Source: an uncultured delta proteobacterium (GTDB taxonomy: Bacteria > Myxococcota_A > Polyangia > Polyangiales > Polyangiaceae). From it: 64,000 bases of DNA. This document shows, piece by piece, positions 59,003 to 64,000 of this stretch; the first letter of the stretch is position 1, and every line of letters begins with the position of its first letter. Location of the stretch: contig CAWKKR010000008.1 in NCBI GenBank assembly GCA_963850305.1, positions 1,888,001 through 1,952,000 on the forward strand, in the 5' to 3' direction. A model generated the notes under the pieces. The model ran no database searches. It saw only the letters and a program-made list of their open reading frames with translations, and had not been told where the DNA came from. The position numbers and the translations under genes are program-made.

Positions 59003-60451
59003 GTGTCCCTGATAGGCGTGATCCCCGCTGCCGGTCGCGGCGTGCGCGCGTACCCGTACACGCGGGCCGTCCCGAAGAGCATGCTCGAAGTGGACGGGGT
59101 TCCGCTGATCCGCAGGAACGTCGAGCTGATGCGCGACCAGCTCGGCATCCGGGAGATCCGTATCGTGATCGGCCATCACGGCGACGTGATCCGTTCGTAC
59201 CTCGGTGACGGTACCGAGCACGGCGTGAAGATCGAGTACGTGATGAACGACGAGCTCGATCTCGAGCTCGCGTACTCCGTGTACCTCGGGTGTCGTGGCG
59301 TGAAGTCCCGCTGCTGTGTGATCCTGGCCGACGAGTGTTACGTCCAGACGAACCACGCCGCGATCCTGGACGCAGACCTGGGGGACGCCCTCGCGATGTG
59401 CGCGCTCATCTCGACTCCGTACGCGAAGCACATTCGAAAGAACTACAGCGTGACCCTCGACGGCCCGCGCATCACGAGCCTCCACGAGAAGCCCTCCGTC
59501 ATCTCCGGCAACCTCATGGGCACGGGGACGTACCTGTTGTCTCCCGCACTCATCGAGCGGCTCGAATCTGCGTTCGCCGACAAGACCCGGGGCCCGAGGG
59601 ACTGGACCACCTGGCTCGGTACGCTCTGCCGTGACGGTGCGGACGTGCGCGCGTTCTTCCTCGAGGGCAGCTACGTCAACGTGAACTCGCGGGACGATCT
59701 GAACTTCGGCAATTACCTCGTGCGCGAGACCACGTTCGAGCGGAAAAAGGTGTCGCTCGTGTACGTCGTCGATCGCGAGGAAGACAGGGCGGGCGCGCCG
59801 GTGAGAGCGTTCGCCGAGCGTCCCGAGGTCGACGAGGTGATCGTCGTGTCGAGGCGCTCGTCCGAGTCCCTGGAGCGGTCCGCCGCGGACCCGAAGGTGC
59901 GTCTCCTGGCCGTCCCCGAGAACACGTCGATCGGTCTCCTGTTCACGGCGGGAATGGACGCCGCGTCGGGGGACATATTGATGCTCTCGTACAGCGACGA
60001 CACGTTCTCGCCGAGGGACGTGTCCAAGCTTCTGGTGTACGCGCGCGACGCGGATCTCGTGGTGGGGACCAGGACGACGCGGCAGATGATCGAGCAAGGC
60101 ACGAACATGCGCGGGCTCGTTCGAGCCGCCCACCTCGTGCTCGCGAAATTCCTCGAGATGCTCTGGTGGCGCTTCGACTGTCGCTTCACGGACGTGTGCT
60201 GCGTCTATCGCGCCATCTGGCGATCGACCTATGCCACCATCCGGGGCAACTTGACGGCCACCGGCGTCGAAATCATTCCCGAGATGGTCATCGAGGTGCT
60301 CCGCGCGCGGCGTCGCGTCGTCGAGATCCCCGTGAACTATTACAACCGCGACCTCGAGTTCAGCTACGTCCGTTCCCGTTACCAGAGTTCGGGTACATTT
60401 CTCCGGATCGTCGCCCTGATGTTGAAGAAGAGATGGTCGAAGCCCCGATGA
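59003..60451 (+). CDS. Fusion of sugar-phosphate nucleotidyltransferase (RmlA/GlmU-like) and GT2-like domain
   Basis: GVIPAAGRGVRAYPYTRAVPKSML, ILADE, HEKP, GTYLL, YVNVNS; then VDEVIVV, DLVVGTRT, FTDVCCVYRAIWR, VVEIPVNY. Start GTG 59003. Confidence 0.8.
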   Translation: MSLIGVIPAAGRGVRAYPYTRAVPKSMLEVDGVPLIRRNVELMRDQLGIREIRIVIGHHGDVIRSYLGDGTEHGVKIEYVMNDELDLELAYSVYLGCRGVKSRCCVILADECYVQTNHAAILDADLGDALAMCALISTPYAKHIRKNYSVTLDGPRITSLHEKPSVISGNLMGTGTYLLSPALIERLESAFADKTRGPRDWTTWLGTLCRDGADVRAFFLEGSYVNVNSRDDLNFGNYLVRETTFERKKVSLVYVVDREEDRAGAPVRAFAERPEVDEVIVVSRRSSESLERSAADPKVRLLAVPENTSIGLLFTAGMDAASGDILMLSYSDDTFSPRDVSKLLVYARDADLVVGTRTTRQMIEQGTNMRGLVRAAHLVLAKFLEMLWWRFDCRFTDVCCVYRAIWRSTYATIRGNLTATGVEIIPEMVIEVLRARRRVVEIPVNYYNRDLEFSYVRSRYQSSGTFLRIVALMLKKRWSKPR

Positions 60452-61443
60452 CCGGCGACCTTCGCTCCCCGGGAGCGCTATCCGACCTCCGCCGTCGCGA
60501 ACGTCAATGGCAAGACGCAGTCGGGCACGCCTTGCTCGACGCGCCGTTCGAGGACGCCGGTTCCGCGCTCGTCTTCGCGCGACAGTTCGAGCGCATCCGC
60601 GAAGCCCTGGGCACGCTCCGGGAAGGCCCGCTCGTCGAGGTGGGCTGCGGGCGCGGCCAGTTCCTCCAGTACTTGCGCAAGACCGACGCGGGGCGTCTGC
60701 TCGTCGGCGTGGACGTGTCCGTCGCGGTGTCGATCTTGCCCGAGCGCGGCGCCGCGGCCGTTCGCGCCGACGGCGAGTTCCTGCCCTTCGGAGACGGGAC
60801 CGCGGCGGCGGTCGTCTACAACGGCGCGCTTCACCACGTCGTGGATTACCGAGCGGCGCTGCGCGAGGCGCTGCGCGTCCTCGCACCCGGCGGCAAGCTC
60901 GTCCTCTTCGAGCCGGTCTCGTCGGCGTTCAGTCGCGTCGCACATCGGCTGCTCGATCCGATCGTCTTTCGCGCGAGCTGTGAATACGAATCGCCCATCG
61001 ATCAGGAGCGCAAGCATGCCTTTCGCGAAGAGGAGGTCATGGATGAGCTCGCGGCGGCTCGTGCCGTCGTCCGGCGCGAGAAGAGCGACTACCTTGCTTA
61101 CCCTTTCACCGGCTGTTACGCGGGCTCTCCTTTCACGAAGAGCCGGCGCTTCATGCTCGGACTCCTCGCTCTCGAGCGGGCGATCGACGCCGCGCCCGTG
61201 CTCGGCTCCGTGGCGCGTCTCTTCGCATGGAGGTTCCTCGTCACGGCAGTGAAGCCGAATCCCGGGGGAGGTCCGGCACCGACCGTCCCGCGCCGGCTCG
61301 AGGACATGATCGCGTGCCCGAAGTGCAAGGGCCGTCTCTCGAGCGTCGAGGACGCGCTCGCGTGCACCGCGTGTCGCCTGCGGTACCGCGTCGACGGCGA
61401 GATCCCCGTTTTGCTCATCGACGACGCGACCGTGATCGAGTGA
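60448..61443 (+). CDS. Class I SAM methyltransferase fused to a C-terminal Trm112/YcaR-like Zn-ribbon
   Basis: ATGA overlap with the upstream stop; VEVGCGRG, GVDVS, DGEFLPF, LHHV, RVLAPGG; C-terminus LEDMIACPKCKGRL...CTACRLRYRVDGEIPVLL. Confidence 0.85.
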   Translation: MTGDLRSPGALSDLRRRERQWQDAVGHALLDAPFEDAGSALVFARQFERIREALGTLREGPLVEVGCGRGQFLQYLRKTDAGRLLVGVDVSVAVSILPERGAAAVRADGEFLPFGDGTAAAVVYNGALHHVVDYRAALREALRVLAPGGKLVLFEPVSSAFSRVAHRLLDPIVFRASCEYESPIDQERKHAFREEEVMDELAAARAVVRREKSDYLAYPFTGCYAGSPFTKSRRFMLGLLALERAIDAAPVLGSVARLFAWRFLVTAVKPNPGGGPAPTVPRRLEDMIACPKCKGRLSSVEDALACTACRLRYRVDGEIPVLLIDDATVIE

Positions 61444-61769
61444 CGGCGCTCAGCTACCTCCTCATGCTCGTCGCGGCTGCCGTGGCGTGGGTGTGTCTCA
61501 GGCGCGCGAACGAGCTCTGTGCGATTCGGGTGCGGGACGGTCAGAGCCATCTCGTCCGCGGTCGCGCGCCGGTCCGGTTCCTCTCCGACGCGAGCGAGAT
61601 CGTACGACGTGCTCGCGTTCCCTCCGCGATGCTGCGCGTCGTGGTCGAATCCGGTGTGCCGCGCTTGCTCGCACCAAGGGATCTCCAGGCCGACGTCGCG
61701 CAGCAGCTCCGAAATGCCGTCGGACAGCACCAGGTCGTGCACTTCCGTTCGGGCCGAAAAGCGGGGTGA
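61440..61769 (+). CDS. Small membrane-anchored protein, DUF3634-like
   Basis: GTGA overlap; N-terminal TM; RRANELCAIRVRDG...RGRAP..FL...QQLRN. Confidence 0.6.
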   Translation: MTALSYLLMLVAAAVAWVCLRRANELCAIRVRDGQSHLVRGRAPVRFLSDASEIVRRARVPSAMLRVVVESGVPRLLAPRDLQADVAQQLRNAVGQHQVVHFRSGRKAG

Positions 61770-61791
61770 GGGGATCCCGCGGCGCAGTCTT

Positions 61792-63210
61792 TCACCGAGC
61801 GAAAGGACCGAACTCCGGGCGTTTCGGTCCGGTCTTCAGCAGAAGCTCCGTGCAGCGCAAGATCTCCGGGTCGCGAAAATCCCACGCGCGCTCCGGTTTC
61901 ATATCGAGCCACACGGGCGAGGTGCTCCAGCCGCATTCCCACGTGAAGGCCCCGATCGCCTCGATGAGGATGCCCGCGGAGGCCGCGGCGATCACGACGT
62001 TGCGAAGCCATGGCCGGGCGGCAACGCTCGACCAGAGCATTCCGAGACCGACGACGAGCGGAATGGAGAGCTCCGTCAAGTAACGAGGACCGAACGACGT
62101 CCCTCCCCACCAGAGTCTGTTCTTCCCGAACAGGAGCAGGCTGCCCACCACCCAGAACAGCAGATACCAGGCGAGCGGGAATCGTCCTTTCGCGGCGGCG
62201 AGCACCAGAGCGACCAGCGCCACGACGAGTACCGGCGAGTACACGAAGAGCCCGCGGCTCGGCGACACCAGGATATCCGGCAGCCCCTTGCTCAGTGGGA
62301 GCGTGAGCACCGTGGAGGCGTCGAGATGTCTCCAGCCGTGCGCAGGCGATCGGTAGAGTGCAGGATAGCCGCCCGCGAGATCGCCGAACACATGCACGTT
62401 ATACGCGAGCTGCCATGAGAGCAGCGCGAGCCCCGGCCCGAGGAGCGGGAGCCACGATCTCCGATGGCGTACGAGCGCGTACGACCCCACCGCGACCGCC
62501 GCGATCGCATCCTGCGGACGGCAGACGATGGTCATTGCCGACGCTGCGGAGACGAGGCACGCGTCGAGAGTCTTTTCGTGTTCATCGAGCCGGAGCGCGC
62601 TCCACAGAGCCAGTGACAGGCAGAACAACGCGGGTCCGTGCTGCCACAACGCCTGGCTTGCGACGGTCCACGCCGTCGTCCCGAAGGCGTACGTGGCCGT
62701 CAGAAACAGGGCCGGCGCACGCCCGGTGAACCTCGTCAGCACCAGGAACACGAAGCCGGCGGAGAGCGCGACGAGCAGCGACGCGGCGACCTTGCCGGCG
62801 ATCCGGTAATCGCGAAACGTGTGCAGCCATCCGAACGCGACGGGCACGGCGTACACGGGCACGGCGAGGAGCGCGGCGCCGACCGGGTAAGAGCTCCGCA
62901 GCTTGCCGTGGATCCTGCGAATGGCCGTGGTCCAGGCGATCTGCCTTCGTAGCGTCGATGTGCCGTCGACCGAACGCTCGTCCAGTAGCGAGTCGAAATC
63001 GTCGAGCTCGAAATCCCCGTGCCGCAGGAGGCTCGCCGGCAGGAGTGTCGCTGGGATCGTGTCCGCGAGCCCGAGCTCCCGGAAGTTCGCGTTGAACACC
63101 ACGAAGCAGAACGCCGATATCGCGACGAACGGAACCCAGCCCGGCGTCGACCGGAAGCGCGCTCCAATTTGCCCGAAGATCGCCTGGCGCGGGCCTCTCG
63201 ATTCTGCCAT
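61792..63210 (-). CDS. Polytopic membrane protein, putative GT-C glycosyltransferase (same family as 1225-2733)
   Basis: ADTIPATLLP, YPVG, FGTTAWTVASQALWQHG, CRPQD, SPSRGLFVYSP, WWGGTSFGPRYL. Confidence 0.65.
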   Translation of the reverse strand: MAESRGPRQAIFGQIGARFRSTPGWVPFVAISAFCFVVFNANFRELGLADTIPATLLPASLLRHGDFELDDFDSLLDERSVDGTSTLRRQIAWTTAIRRIHGKLRSSYPVGAALLAVPVYAVPVAFGWLHTFRDYRIAGKVAASLLVALSAGFVFLVLTRFTGRAPALFLTATYAFGTTAWTVASQALWQHGPALFCLSLALWSALRLDEHEKTLDACLVSAASAMTIVCRPQDAIAAVAVGSYALVRHRRSWLPLLGPGLALLSWQLAYNVHVFGDLAGGYPALYRSPAHGWRHLDASTVLTLPLSKGLPDILVSPSRGLFVYSPVLVVALVALVLAAAKGRFPLAWYLLFWVVGSLLLFGKNRLWWGGTSFGPRYLTELSIPLVVGLGMLWSSVAARPWLRNVVIAAASAGILIEAIGAFTWECGWSTSPVWLDMKPERAWDFRDPEILRCTELLLKTGPKRPEFGPFAR

Positions 63211-63220
63211 GGTCTCCGGC

Positions 63221-63931
63221 ATGAGCCAGTCGTACGAGCGGTTCGGACACTATTCGACCACGGAAAACGCCATCGAGCGACGGTCGAAATTCATCGTCCG
63301 GACCTATAACCACCTGTTCGGCGCGATCATCGCGTTCACGCTCATCGAAATCGGGCTTTTCGAGTCGGGCATTGCGGCGCACCTCGCTCAGGCCATGCTC
63401 GGGACGAGCTGGCTGCTCGTGCTCGGCGGGTTCATGGTGACGAGCTGGATCGCGAGTCACTTCGCGAACACGAGCACGTCGCGCCCCGCTCAGTACGCCG
63501 GTCTTGCCGCATACGTCGTCGCGGAAGCCCTCATTTTCGTCCCGCTGCTCTTCGTCGCGAACCAGGTCGCTCCCGGAGCGATCCAGAGCGCCGGCATCGT
63601 CACGATGCTCGGATTCGCGGGCCTGTCTGCGGTCGCGTTCGTCACGAAGAAGGATTTCTCGTTTCTCCGCGGCATCCTGATGTTCGGGGGGATCATCGCG
63701 CTCGTCGCGATCGTGGCGGGCTCGCTGTTCGGCTTTCAGCTCGGCACGTTCTTCTCCGTCGCGATGGTCGGCTTCGCAGGCGCGGCGATCCTCTACGACA
63801 CGTCCAACGTGCTCCGGAACTTCCCCGAAGATCGCTACGTCGCCGCCGCGCTCCAGCTCTTCTCGTCGGTGGCGCTCATGTTCTGGTACGTCCTCCGCAT
63901 CGTCATGAGCCTGTCGAACTCGCGTCGCTGA
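63221..63931 (+). CDS. Bax inhibitor-1/YccA family membrane protein
   Basis: ERRSKFIVRTYNHL, seven TMs, TKKDFSFL, ILYDTSN, AALQLFSSVALMFWYVLRI. Confidence 0.9.
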   Translation: MSQSYERFGHYSTTENAIERRSKFIVRTYNHLFGAIIAFTLIEIGLFESGIAAHLAQAMLGTSWLLVLGGFMVTSWIASHFANTSTSRPAQYAGLAAYVVAEALIFVPLLFVANQVAPGAIQSAGIVTMLGFAGLSAVAFVTKKDFSFLRGILMFGGIIALVAIVAGSLFGFQLGTFFSVAMVGFAGAAILYDTSNVLRNFPEDRYVAAALQLFSSVALMFWYVLRIVMSLSNSRR

Positions 63932-64000
63932 GTTCGCGCTCGTAAGGGATGCCCCAACTCGGGGCAACAGCTCATGGAACGTCCCTCAGCGAAGCCGGCA

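Noticed and set aside
63940..63970. Intrinsic terminator after yccA (tgcccc-aactc-ggggca)
   Set aside because: Only a 6-bp stem with no U-tract, near the window edge; insufficient support.
1..64000. tRNA, rRNA, IS elements, integrases, prophage genes
   Set aside because: None recognised by eye; a tRNAscan/Infernal/ISEScan run would be needed to exclude them formally.

Overview
High-GC bacterial chromosome segment whose gene content points to a myxobacterium of the Polyangiaceae/Sorangiineae type: a Hanks-type Ser/Thr kinase, a TPR/PEGA-like protein, Gly-rich lipoproteins and Cys-rich CGNG...CDDGN repeats. The taxonomy is inferred, not searched. (1) 1-28.8 kb is a large accessory envelope/glycan-modification region. 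It holds three paralogous Pol-beta-type nucleotidyltransferases around an ABC exporter, an HPr-kinase-like P-loop protein and a DPM1-like GT2. It also holds five GT-C-like polytopic membrane proteins (including TMTC-like and YfhO-like members), a fused DegT aminotransferase-SAM methyltransferase, an NDP-sugar dehydratase and an sxtI/J/K-like carbamoyltransferase cassette. (2) 29-40 kb is a complete urtABCDE-ureDABCEFG operon. (3) 40-53 kb is mostly housekeeping (lolA, ruvC, yhbY-like, orn, glcD-like, SSADH, zwf-pgl-gnd), followed by a REP/BIME-like palindromic repeat. (4) 53-58 kb encodes a 1,099-aa Cys-rich repeat lipoprotein and a putative sigma54-driven outer-membrane protein. (5) 58-64 kb is a second small glycosylation cluster (GT2, NTP-transferase/degenerate-GT2 fusion, methyltransferase-Trm112 fusion, GT-C) plus a YccA/BI-1 gene. 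Four genes carry single-base frameshifts that look like sequencing errors. No rRNA, tRNA, CRISPR array, transposase or integrase was recognised. All product calls come from motif reading by eye.
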